From contig NC_068998.1 of assembly GCF_001194135.2 (NCBI RefSeq), forward strand, positions 21,770,753 to 21,834,752: a stretch of DNA of 64,000 bases, given 5' to 3'. The position numbers and the translations under genes were made by a program. How positions within the stretch are numbered: the stretch's first letter is position 1; each line of letters opens with the position of its first letter. This document shows positions 51,280 to 63,182 of this stretch, one piece after another. The notes beneath the pieces were generated by a model. That model made no database searches. It saw nothing but the letters and a program-made list of their open reading frames with translations, and was not told the DNA's origin. This stretch comes from Octopus bimaculoides. Lineage: Eukaryota.

Positions 51280-52458
51280 TACCAAGAATTCACAACGACC
51301 TCGAACCCACAAGAATAAACAAGAGAGACAGAAACAGGAAGAAACAAGGAAAATGCCCCTTGTATTTGAACACTATGCAAATATTCTTTTAAAAAAACTT
51401 CTTTAATTTTTCCAAAATTTAATTGTCTTTTATATTTACAGTTGAAAAGGCCTTAGTGACTGAAACCGTTACTGAAATGATGTTTATAAAATCATTTTAC
51501 CATTTTCTACCTTGACTTTTTTTCCATATATATATACTGCATGAGATAAATTTACACCCTGTTACAAATGGGAGAGATAAAAGTAAGAACTATTTTAATA
51601 TTATAGGTATAAAATAGCGGCTCATTGGATACGTAAAAATGTATATCGAATTTTGTTTAAAAGACCGTTTATCACTTTTGTATGCCGTCAAAACTACTTT
51701 TGTATAAATACAAAATGACTTTCATAACGTTATCAAATGTTAATGTGCTTTTCTACTCGTTTCAGTAAATTTCAGAGATGTATTATATATATAAAAAAAA
51801 TAATAACAAAACATGAAATATTATATAGGAATTATAATAGTATTTCTGCTTTAGTTTTAGTAAATCTTTTACGGTTCCAGCATCAAGCATTCCTGTAAAT
51901 CTATTTGCATTCACTTCAAAATTCTATTAATTTTTTATTACCAGGAAGTGCATTTGAATTTACAAGTGTATGAAACAAGCGAAGCAACTCTAAATAGCCA
52001 TTCAATACACAACCGTACATAAATATATCATACATAATGTTATACATACGTACATACATAAACATTAAGACATATTTGTTTGTGCATTTGTGTTTGTTTG
52101 CATGTGTACATTAAATAATAGAGATAAACAAGCTATATGACATAAATGGTGAAATGTAACTTTTTTTCAATAGTAAAAATACATTAAGTATTTTTCGACT
52201 TAGTTTGTAATATTGCGTTTCTATATCCGTAGTGAGAGAAAGCAGTCAATATGATGAGTTGTATTTCAAAGACGTGAGTTGAAACGAGTACGAATATTTG
52301 ATAAGAAGGAAACATGTAAAACAAGGATAAGTAATAGCGATGTTGAAAATGTTATTTCCATAAAAAATTGTCTTATAACCTAAATAACGAGCAAATGCAC
52401 CAAGCGCTATGTATGCACATAATATAATATGATATAATATAATATTTATATATATATA

Positions 52459-52560
52459 TTGGGTCATCCCACAAATGATGCGGTTTTCTCAAATGGATGG
52501 ACTAAAAGTCGGGTGGGGACGGTATAATCTACCTGCATCAACTCGCTATAAATTCAGTTA
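52459..52560 (+). mobile_element. Short mariner terminal remnant
   Basis: TA then TTGGGTCATCCCACAAA resembles the TIR of the 47764 element. Confidence 0.5.
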
Positions 52561-52662
52561 TTAATTTTATCATACAGTTTTATACTTAAGACATGAGGAA
52601 TTATGTACATTATTTACATTATTTACATTTGACGAATATTTGTCCTCATCTTGTTTGTTGTT

Positions 52663-52708
52663 AACACAACGTATCGGCTGACATACCCTGCAGCTTTCAT
52701 CAGATGTC
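52663..52708 (-). ncRNA. Degenerate minimal type I hammerhead ribozyme
   Basis: Minus strand: GACAT-CTGATGA-AAGCTG(CAGGGTATGT)CAGCC-GATAC-GTT-GTGTT. Stem I GACAT/GTGTT and stem II GCTG/CAGC pair; GAAA is mutated to GATA. Confidence 0.65.
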
Positions 52709-52796
52709 TTGGGGAAATTTCGAACCTGCGTTTTAATTCCTAAGATATTTTCGATGTTGTTGTTGTTGGTGTTGTTCTTCTTCTTATTATTATTCA

Positions 52797-52869
52797 GGTC
52801 ACTGCCTGGAATCGAACTCGGAATCTTGGGGTTAGTAGCCCGTACTCTTAACCACTACGCCATATGCCC
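52797..52869 (-). promoter_or_regulatory. tRNA-like sequence with Pol III A and B boxes (not a functional tRNA)
   Basis: GGGCATATGGCGTAGTGGTTAAG..GGGCTACTAACCCC..GAGTTCGATTCC; the acceptor stem does not pair; preceded by a 10-bp palindrome at 52860-52881. Confidence 0.75.
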
Positions 52870-52969
52870 GTGGGCATATGGTGTTTGAAAAGTAGATGAA
52901 CTATAAAAAACTGCATTATTTATGAGATGACCGAATATATGTATACATACATATATATATATGTATATA

Positions 52970-53865
52970 TCTCTTCTCTTAATCTTTTTTCCCCTTGTGG
53001 AGCAGAGGGCCTCAACAGTTATTTTCCACTTTTTGCATGTCAGGCTGGTGGTCCAGAGCTCATCCAAAATGCTCCGCTTCCATGTCTGTTTCGGGCGTCC
53101 TCGCTTCCTTCCCCCCTGCGAGTTCCAGTCAAGTGCTTGTCGTGTCACATTTAAGGGTTTTTTTCTGTAGTGTGTGTCCGATCCATCTCCATTTCCTTCG
53201 TCTTATCTGAACATGTATGGGCTCATGGTTGGCCCTTTCCCACAGGCCGGTGTTTGGCACTCTGTCGGAACACTTTAGATGGAGATCTGCCGGAGACATC
53301 TGTTGATGAAGGTCTGGATCTTCTTGTAGTTGCTGCAGGTAGCTCTCCATGTTTCAGAGCCATACAAAATCACAGATTTTACGTTTGAACTAAATAAGCG
53401 GAGTTTAGTTCGAGTTGAGATGACAGTGGACTTCCATACCGGCCGAAAAATAGCGAAGGCTTGCCAAGCCTTCTTGCTTCTTGCAGTGATATCCTCGTCT
53501 GATCCACCTGATTTGCTGATCTTACTGGCAAAATAGAAAAAAAAAAAACTGCCAAGATAGACAATCTGCCAAGATAGACAAACATCCTCCACAGGTGCCC
53601 CCCTCAGTTGGCATTGGCCCTTCCTGCTTGTTGTTGATATTCAGCACTTTTGTCTTTTCCTTGCTGATCCTCAAGCCCACTCGCCGTGAAGTTTCTCTCA
53701 GGTGGCCTACCTTATCTTGCATGTCTTGCAGGCGATGTGACAGTAGCGCTAGATGATCGGCGTAGTCCAAGTCCTCCAGCTTGTTCATCAGTGTCCACTG
53801 AATACCTTTCCGGGAGGTAGCCTAGTCCGTCCTGGTGGCCCAGTCCAGCACGACGAGGATAAAAA
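52970..53865 (-). mobile_element. RTE-clade LINE 3' fragment (RT C-terminus)
   Basis: LEDLDYADHLALLSH..VGLRISKEKTKVL..TKLRLFSSNVKSVILYGSETW..IQTFINRCLR..RRKWRWIGHTL..TRQALDWNSQGGRKRGRPKQTW. Confidence 0.93.
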
Positions 53866-53869
53866 TCAA

Positions 53870-54090
53870 ACAACCAGTTAAAATCATGGTCTTTTCAGTG
53901 ATCACCAGTGATGGCGTCTGGTGGCCGTATTTTAAGCCAATGGCATTTTTAATGAATAAATTTACTACTTAGCATTTCAAGATATGTTGATGTAATTTTC
54001 GTAAATATATCTGTTAAAATGAGACGCCAATATTATTTTCATTTTTGCGTAATTTAGACGAGTGTTTATTCACTGCATCCCACACTGTTA
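53870..54090 (+). mobile_element. Remnant of the same DD37D-type family as 33620-34497 (3' end plus a short internal piece)
   Basis: TAGCATTTCAAGATAT..GTTAAAATGAGA..TAATTTAGA matches 34383-34472; ATCATGGTCTTTTCAGTGATCACCAGTGATGGC resembles the VMVFGVITSDG motif. Confidence 0.65.
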
Positions 54091-54094
54091 AACA

Positions 54095-54628
54095 TAGAGG
54101 ATAATCTGTGATGATATGGGGGGGGGGGCTATATCTTGGAAATCCGCCGGTCCAATTGTTTCCCTTCAGGGCAGAACTTATAGTCAAGCGATTTAAGCAT
54201 TTTATCGGATCAAATTCAACCTGTGATTGCGTAACTGTTTCTGGGGTGAAACGCAATCTTTCAGGATGAAAATGCACCAATTTCCACAGCCAAAGTTGTT
54301 ACTGAATGGCAAGAGGAACATTGTAGTGAAGCTGAACATCTTCTCAGGCCACCACTGTCCCTAGATCTCAATATTATTGAATATTTATGGTGCATTTTAG
54401 ATAAAAAAAAAGTAAGGGATGGATATCCTCCACCATCATCATTACATGAACGGTAGACTATTTTTGCTGAAGAAGGGACAAACATTCATTTTCAAACAAT
54501 TGAAACCTTGTACGAGTCCATAGCCCATAGAATTTCAGCTGTAAATACTGCCAAAGGTGGACCTATCTCATTTCAAAATAAATTTGTTTGAAATTTTAAG
54601 GTGTTTCCATTATTTTGTCCAACCGCTG
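54095..54628 (+). mobile_element. Tc1-type (DD34E) transposase 3' fragment with right TIR
   Basis: MIWG.AISWKSAGP..FQDENAPI..RPPLSLDLNIIEYLW..TLYESIAHRISAVNTAKGG; ends ..GTCCAACCGCTG followed by TA. Confidence 0.8.
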
Positions 54629-54641
54629 TATATGTACAATC

Positions 54642-54684
<43 letters not shown>

Positions 54685-55217
54685 NNNNNNNNNNNNNNNN
54701 NNNNNNNNNNNNNNNNNNNNNNNNNNNNNNNNNNNNNNNNNNNNNNNNNNNNNNNNNNNNNNNNNNNNNNNNNNNNNNNNNNNNNNNNNNNNNNNNNNNN
54801 NNNNNNNNNNNNNNNNNNNNNNNNNNNNNNNNNNNNNNNNNNNNNNNNNNNNNNNNNNNNNNNNNNNNNNNNNNNNNNNNNNNNNNNNNNNNNNNNNNNN
54901 NNNNNNNNNNNNNNNNNNNNNNNNNNNNNNNNNNNNNNNNNNNNNNNNNNNNNNNNNNNNNNNNNNNNNNNNNNNNNNNNNNNNNNNNNNNNNNNNNNNN
55001 NNNNNNNNNNNNNNNNNNNNNNNNNNNNNNNNNNNNNNNNNNNNNNNNNNNNNNNNNNNNNNNNNNNNNNNNNNNNNNNNNNNNNNNNNNNNNNNNNNNN
55101 NNNNNNNNNNNNNNNNNNNNNNNNNNNNNNNNNNNNNNNNNNNNNNNNNNNNNNNNNNNNNNNNNNNNNNNNNNNNNNNNNNNNNNNNNNNNNNNNNNNN
55201 NNNNNNNNNNNNNNNNN
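54685..55217. other. Assembly gap between (AT)n and (AC)n
   Basis: N run. Confidence 1.
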
Positions 55218-55267
<50 letters not shown>

Positions 55268-56271
55268 TGTAACTAGTGGATGTCTTCCAATTACGTTTAC
55301 GCGTATTTTTGTGGTGAATATTCAGTAAAACCTGCCTGAAAAACTAGTGTCGAAACATGTTTCCTATTCATATAGCAGTGTTGTTAGAGCGTACATTGGT
55401 AATGTTATTATTAATACTTCAACATCTATTTTGAACCCTCACAGTAGCAAGCAATCCTCATGTAAAAAAAATCATTGAAAGGTAATATTTATCGGTGGCA
55501 GAGGAACGTCGAGTGACTAATTCTAGTTTTATCATCCGAATACAAGCAGAAAATGAAAATTCCCAACTTAAGTTCTCTTGCCTTTTATTCCGATGTATAT
55601 ATCATTAAAAAGTTATAACCATGGATAAAGCAAATGTGTAGGGCCGACACTGAGCGTATTTATATCTCTTAGGAATTATCTATTATAAATCGATTTAGTT
55701 TTCATAAAAATATTGGAAATCAATAGGTTATTATACTTCCTCTATGAACGTTAGCAGATACAAATTTCATGCAACATCTCCGGAATTCTTAATTTAATAA
55801 ATCTCTGAAAGTTATCACAAACATGGGTCGTTAAATTGCGGGGGCGAATACATTTATTTCCTTATCATGTTTATCATCAAAAAACGGATTTCAGTTACAC
55901 CGAGAGACATACCAACCGACACAAGCAAGTATGCTCTCGCACACACAAACACAAAGACACACGTACACACACACGCACGTACGCACACACACGCACGTAC
56001 GCACACACGCTTATGTATATATAAATATACAAAATATATATATACATGCATTCACACATACACACACACCCTCACACATATATAACTATTTATAGATGTA
56101 AAATGCACAGACACACACACACACAAACACATATATATATATACATACATATGTATACATATATACATACATATATACACATACATACACATATATATAT
56201 ATATATGTGTGTGCGTGTGCGTGTGCATAGATATGCATACATGCACACACATACACAAGGACACATATACA

Positions 56272-57079
56272 CAGTAGGAGGGCTGAACATTTCATAGGCT
56301 GAATATGATAGAGTGATGCAAGAGCTGTGAAGTCTTGCATGCATTAACTTCGTCCGCTCTTATTAATAACTGCATGGTTTTTTTTTTCAAGAAAACTAAT
56401 ATCTGACTTCAAAGTAGACTTTTAAAGAAACTAGTTGAGAATAATCTACAGAATAAACTTGGCATTACGAAGGTTTCTGCTCGGTGGTTGCTACGTCTTT
56501 TGATATCTGATCAAAGGTGCACCAAGCTGATTACATCATCGGCAAATCTGACATCGTCTGAGGCAGATCCAGCTGGATGAGTGTTCGGTTCATGATTTTG
56601 AGTCAGAGACTTAAAGTGAATCCATATAGTGGAATCACTTCTTACCTGATCCAAAGAAGTCCAATGGGAAGTTGATGATCGCAGGGAAGTTGATGGTCTC
56701 ATTGCAATGTATTTATAGACTATATTCAAAAGACTACACCATCAATAGACAGCACTTTGCCAAAATGCTGAGGGTGTTATGAAAGACTATCAAACAAAGC
56801 GCGCAGAAAACTGATGATAGGTGTCTCCTTTCATGAGGACAATGATCCAGCACACTACCCCTTATTTTCAATGACTTCTGTTCTTGAATGTGGCTTTGAA
56901 CTTCATGAACTGTTTCCCCATTCTCCTGATTTGGAACCTCCTTGTGATTATCATCTGTTCCTCAACATGAAATAAAAACATTGGCGCACCAATGGAAGAA
57001 GAGTTTAGACCGCAAGAAAGTTCTGTTGAAAAATAAACCTCATTTAATCACATTCCAGGAGAGTATGTTGGGCAATCTA
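56272..57079 (+). mobile_element. Mariner (second family), internally deleted, + orientation
   Basis: Terminal GCTGAACATTTCATAGGCTGA..TTGCATGCATTAA; KVSARWLLRLL, EADPAG, FHEDNDPAH, PHSPDL..DYHLFLNMK, HQWKKSLDRK. Confidence 0.8.
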
Positions 57080-57705
57080 TGAGGATCGGCTGAAAGGTTC
57101 TTAGACTAACCTAGTATTTCTCATAGAATGTGACATAATAAAATTTTATTTCTAAGCATAATCCCATTGCAGTCCATATAATTCTTCCACGGGTGTTGCA
57201 GAGCTTTTCAGATACTATTGGTGAAAAGACTTTCCTCCTGTTGGGAAAAAGAAAGACAGTGATTAACAGAAAAGATGACGTCATCATCTCTGCAATACTG
57301 GTTCCCAGCCAAATGATAGGCACAACGCTTATCCCTGATTTAGGAAACGTTCTAAGTAACCATCTGGCCTCAAACAATTTCTAATTTTCCCATGATTTCA
57401 TCAGTTCGGTAAGCTTTTCATCAGGTGTCAGCAAAAGTGGCTTCCACAGGCAGGCATGCACATTCGTCATGTCAAGTTCATAGTGCGAAATATCCTCAAC
57501 TCCCTCAAAGGATATAACACCACAAGTTCAAATTTGGTCCATTTTGAAGAGGAGCGAGAACTATTTACCTGAAATCTTATTTGAGCTTCAGATATCCGTT
57601 TGCCTTGAATGAGTCAATGCAGTTGTTAATAAGAAGAACTGAAATTAATGCATGCAAAACTTCAGAGCTGTAGCTTCACTCCTTCATAGTCTGCCTATGA
57701 CTATT
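57080..57705 (-). mobile_element. Mariner (same second family), internally deleted, - orientation, tail-to-tail with the previous copy
   Basis: Starts at TA|TGAGGATCGGCTGAAAGG (TIR). Minus translation LLTPDEKL..FEAR and DDDVI..ALQHPWK. Right end TTAATGCATGCAAAACTTCAGAGCT..GCCTATGA mirrors 56280-56350. Confidence 0.78.
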
Positions 57706-57714
57706 TAGGTGGGG

Positions 57715-58035
57715 GTGCAAACTTGGCTGTGAGGTAAGAAGCTCGCTTACCAGCCACATAGCTCCGTGTTCAGTCCCACTGCGTGGCACCCTGGGCAATT
57801 ATCTTTTAGTAAAGCCTCGCGCCGGCCAAATCCGTATGAGTAGAGTTGATAGACGGACATTGAAAGAAGACTGTCCTATATATATTTATATATCTAGATG
57901 TTTGTGTGTCTGTGATTGGCCACCAACCAGTGCTTGACAACCCATATTGAAATGTTTACGTCCCTGTACATTACCGGCTCGGCAAAAACATACAAATAGA
58001 ATAAATACTAGGCTTACAAAAGAATAAATCCTGGT
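57715..58035 (+). mobile_element. SINE family A, 3'-truncated
   Basis: TGGCTGTGAGGTAAGAAGCTCGC..GTTCAGTCCCACTGCGTGGCACCCTGGGCAA..GCTTGACAACC. Confidence 0.85.
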
Positions 58036-58627
58036 TCACAGAATGTAAGATATAACATTAAACATCAGAATAAAAATGTCTGTGTGTAAATGTGATTTAT
58101 AACAAGAATTCTGTATTTGACATATACTTGATTTTACATGATTGATATATGTACTAATTCATATTTATAATGTATGATTTATAAATTTTAATTCTTAATA
58201 TTAAAAGTATAATATTTTTTCTTAATTTTTAATTCTTCATTTTTAATCTTTAATGATTAATTGCATTGCTTATTTTTAAAGGGATGTAAAATTAGATATA
58301 TAATATTTTGAAATAGAAGATGTGGTGGAATAATTGTAAATCTGATGATTGCATATATGTATTTATATGTGTATATATATATAGGTATACAGTTGTGTAT
58401 ATGTATATATATTGTAAATCTTGCAATACTGAAACACGTGTAGTTCCTTCATATTTTATAAATATATGTATTAACTAAAGTAAGATATAATTAAGGAAGT
58501 ATATTACATAGCCTGCTGGTAATTTTGGTTATATCCTTTAAGTATTATTTCGTGATGTGCAAACTGATACCATGTGTTTACTTTCAGGTGTACACACACA
58601 CACACAGACACACACACACACACACAT

Positions 58628-58660
<33 letters not shown>

Positions 58661-58671
58661 TATATATGTAT

Positions 58672-58870
58672 ATTTTCTTTTATTTGTTTCAGTCATTTGA
58701 CTGCGGCCATACTGGAGCACAGGCTTTCGTCGAACAAATCAACTACAAGACATATTCTTGGTAAGTCTAGTACTTATTTTATCTGGCTCTTTTACCGAAC
58801 TGCTAAGTTACGGGGACGTATACACACTAACATCGGTTGTCAAGCGATGGTGAGGGACAAACACACACAC
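58672..58870 (-). mobile_element. SINE family A, 3' half, well conserved
   Basis: TTGTTTCAGTCATTTGACTGCGGCCATACTGGAGCAC..GCTAAGTTACGGGGACGTA..CATCGGTTGTCAAGCGATG is the reverse complement of the family tail. Confidence 0.9.
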
Positions 58871-58880
58871 AGATATATAT

Positions 58881-58930
<50 letters not shown>

Positions 58931-59766
58931 GCATATATATAAGTATGCATGTTTGTATATATATATATATGTGTGTGTGTATGTGTGTATGCGCGTGTGA
59001 GTATGTGAATGTGAGTGTATGTATCTCACTTTATCAATTTCACATAATCACTAATACAAACTGACAATATATTCGTGTGTGAATCTGTGTGAAGAATTGT
59101 GGTAGCGGTATGTAGATGTATGATATCAAAGTGTAAAAATGAGAGGTGCTGATAAAATATTTAGAAGTGTCTAGAAATGTTATTCATCTGAAAAATGTGC
59201 ATAGCTTTTGGATGTAATCATTATAGCGGGAAGAAAAAAAATCCGTTTGTTATAATGTATATAATTAGAAAATAGATTGTATTTAGGCAAGATTTAATGA
59301 TTTTTTTCTCAATGTCTATGTTTTAACTGTACACATTTTTGGAACATTGTTTCAACAAAACAATAATTTTCTTTGTTAAGAAATCATAAAATCTTTTTTA
59401 CAATTTCCAAAAGTCTGAATGGATATCATTTAGTAACTATATCTTATATTGCTTTTAAAAGCAGTTCTTTCTGTTTTTTCAGAAATATATTGGATAGAAG
59501 TGCGATAATATTCTATTCCAAAATATATGATGGTGTTCAGTTATCCTTCAAATCTTCATATTTCTGCTAAAAACTACTGAAAAACATTTATTTCATTTTT
59601 ATTTTCGAATGTCGCCTCTGATTTAACCAATCCGCCAATAAGATCTACTATTTCAAGTATGAGTTAGTGAGAACGAGCCTGAGCCTACCTAATCGCATGA
59701 GCTAAAAGAAACTGCAAACGCATTTTCTTCAAGAACATATTGAATGAGGGCGGGGAACATAATAGG

Positions 59767-60180
59767 CGTAGGTGTGGCTGAGCTGTAAGAATCTTGCTTC
59801 CCATCCACATGGTTTCGTATCCCGTCCTCCCTTGGGCAAGTGACTTCTACTATAGTCTCGGGCTGACAAAGCCTTGTGTATGAATTTCGTAGAGAGAATC
59901 TAGAAGAAGCCCATCGTGCATATATATGTGTGTGTGTGTATGTGTGTGTGTGTGTATGTGTGTGTGTGTGTGGGTGTGTGTGTGTGTGTGTATGTATGTG
60001 CGTGTGTGTTTGTGTGTGTTTGTGTGTGTGCGTGTGCCTTTGTTTGCCCCCACTACCGCCTGACAACAAGTATTGTTTTGTCTACGTAGTGCGGTTGATT
60101 CATTCGACTACAAATTGGTCAAGGGTGTACTCCAGGATGGCCGCTGTTTAATACCCGAAACAAGTAGAAGATAAAAGATA
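59767..60180 (+). mobile_element. SINE family A with an internal (GT)n tract and partial deletions
   Basis: GTAGGTGTGGCTG..CTTGCTTCCCATCCACATGG..TTGGGCAAGTGACTTCTACTATAG..CCAGGATGGCCGC..CAAGTAGAAGATAAAAG. Confidence 0.85.
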
Positions 60181-61399
60181 ACATTCCAGAAACCAGGACC
60201 AGAGGAGACTTGTGCAAATACAAATTTTGATACTCAAACAATCCTTTCTTAGTTTCCGAGAAATCTTGCGTACGATGTAACTCACAAGATTTCTGGAGCT
60301 AATATCTGAAAAAAAAAAAGAAACTATGAGAGTGCCTGATGCACAGTTTGAGAAATGTCCACTTACACATAGTCAAACAACGCCAGGAAATAACAGAATC
60401 TAGAGTGATATATTTTTAAATCCTTGTTATCACTGTTAATCACCCCATTTCTTGAAATGACAAATATATTAAAACCTTTAATATCAGTTAACATATTATT
60501 CGGGAACCTTCCTTTATAAAAATATCATGGTTTCATCAATAACATCTATTACATTTTCTCCAACGACAGCAAGATATAGCTATTCCACTCTCCACTATCT
60601 GTTTGCACAAACAATATTCAGTATCAAACAGACTCTCTGTCTGCCAAGGATATGTAATGAACAATAACAGGTCTATTAGAATTTATATTTTCCCGAAAAA
60701 TATAATTCAGATATCCATTCAGTTCTATCTGGACCGATTCTTCATACTTCATACTTCCAGCGGAATTGTTTCATGCATAGACAAAAGGAAACTCACACCC
60801 TACTATCATTAACGAGGCATATCTTGTGCATTCCGACAATGCACGAATATAATAAACGTGATTCTACACCACACACTTATTTAAACGATATCCTGGCAGA
60901 TCCTGGTAGACAAAGAAGACTTAGATCTAATACATCGTAGAAACAAAAAATAAACCTAGCTCCAATACTTCTCTTCATTAGCTTAGTAGTACATTTGTTA
61001 ATGTCGTCCGAAAATTGATGACTTAAATTCAGGTAGATCGAGGCTGCAGCGCCGATGAACCTAGATTTGATTGATCAAATTTAAGTAAAAGATATATATA
61101 TATTGTACGCCAGCCTTATATAGTCATCTAAGTAATTTGCAACAATCCACAATAAATTAGAAAATACGCCAGATGTGCACAAGTTACTGCGAAACATCCT
61201 CATAACTTTCGCACATATAAACAACACTTTTAATAATGGAAAACGCTTTGAACATGTAAAATGCATAGTTTTTTTTGCAGAAACAAGCTTAACGTCTCAC
61301 AGTTTCTGCCACTAAATCAAAAAATCTACATTTAAATAGACACATATATAATATCCAAGAAGATTACACCTATTGAAATATATTAAACAACACTATCTA

Positions 61400-61700
61400 T
61401 CAAAGAAAACAAACACTATATTTAGACTACCAGTAATTCTCCATCCCACTGTACCATGCAAAGCTTTTGCTATGACAACTACTAACCTCTACGGGCAAAC
61501 AAAAACAGACTGGGTTTTAACAAGTCAGCAATATAAGCAGATGACAAACTCTACACTAAAACCAGCATCACGACGTTTAGAATTGTGTAGTATACCATTA
61601 AGCTTTGGAAATGATTTTACTCCACCGCTTTCTTGCGTGCATAGAACTCGTTGATTAGAGCTCAGAGGTGGAAACACTAGAGTAGAATGTTTTGAAGGAC
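61400..61700 (+). mobile_element. Possible Penelope GIY-YIG endonuclease remnant
   Basis: ORF 61373..61654 contains VIL..VPCKAF....LYGQT, resembling the IY.IPC..C...YIGQT motif; very decayed. Confidence 0.35.
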
Positions 61701-61948
61701 ATTAAATTAATTCTGCAAAATTAATTAAAATTTCGTTTCTTGTGACTACTGTACAGTCAATATATGAGTGAGAAAAATAAAGGCAGTATACCCATTCAAG
61801 AAATTTTTTAAGGGAGATCTCCTTCAATTCAACGATTTGGATTTTTAAGGAAACTATTCTCTCATTTTAATAGTGTTTTTATGTTTCTTTCTTGAGTGCT
61901 CTGGAGCATATACATGTATGTGTGTACGTATGTGTATATGTGTATAAA

Positions 61949-61984
<36 letters not shown>

Positions 61985-63182
61985 GAAGGTTTGAAAATGC
62001 ACTTATTTTTAAAAATATTTATTTACTTAACCGGTTTCACTTTTTTAGAAAAAGATTATCAAAAGTCTTTGAGAATAATAAAAAATGTTAAAAAACAGTT
62101 TGAGTATTAAAATGCATATATACATTCTTTGATGATAAAATCTATTTAAAGTATAAAGCTTTGTATGAACTTTGTAGTGTTACATACTGATTGTCACACA
62201 TTCTCTGATATTATGGTGAAATCGTTAAAAACAGTGTATGAATGTACACATATGGAAAAATACATATACATATTCTTATACATATTCTTTGATAATCGAA
62301 TAAAGTTGAGGAGGAACTGACCTGGCTTTTTACACAAGAGAAAAAAGCCGTGTATTTGTTTGGCCTTTTCGAAATAGCTGAAAATCTCACTAACTCTTAA
62401 CTTGAATATTAGAACAGGGTACACAAAATATCTTAAAGAGTGGTAACAAAATATCTTGATCAGGTTTCAGTGCTAACGATCATCTATGCTGAGAACTAGA
62501 AATTGAAATTGACTTCGAAGTTACAAAGAATAACAATAACAGCAGCAGCAGCAGCATCACCACCACAACCACCACAACACCACCCTCACCTTTTCTTTAC
62601 GTAAATATTATTGCCAACTGATCGGCTGGATTTATTAATAAAGCATAGCATACTGATGAATTTAGTGGACCAAAATATAGCCATAGTTTTTGTTTAAGCT
62701 TATATATTCATTTCAAGAGGTAAATATTTTTTAATTAAATTATTTACTCCTCTTTGGGAATTGCTAAGAATTGTCTCTACAATTTTCGTTCTAAAGTTAA
62801 ACTAATGATGCCAGTTAATTTACGATTTATTTTTCCATATAGGATACGGTGCCTCTCCTCATATATTAAACATCCGCGTTCATGCATTCAGCTGAAATTG
62901 GCTCCTATTAATTTGTTAAAAAATAAATAGAGTAATACTTTATAATGTTCTGGTTGTTTTCCATAGTTTCTATATTATCTTGTATGTTTGGAATATGGCA
63001 AATGAAAATAGCTGAAACTTAATGATAGTTACTTGTTAAAAGTTATTTGAAAAATTACCACACTTAAAACTCTTCACTAATAATTTTCCTTGTTTAATAT
63101 AATTTTACAATGTACGGGCAATTTTGGAAAACGTTAAAGTCAAAAGACAACTTGAAATATTGCTTCCAATGGCAATTCATTC

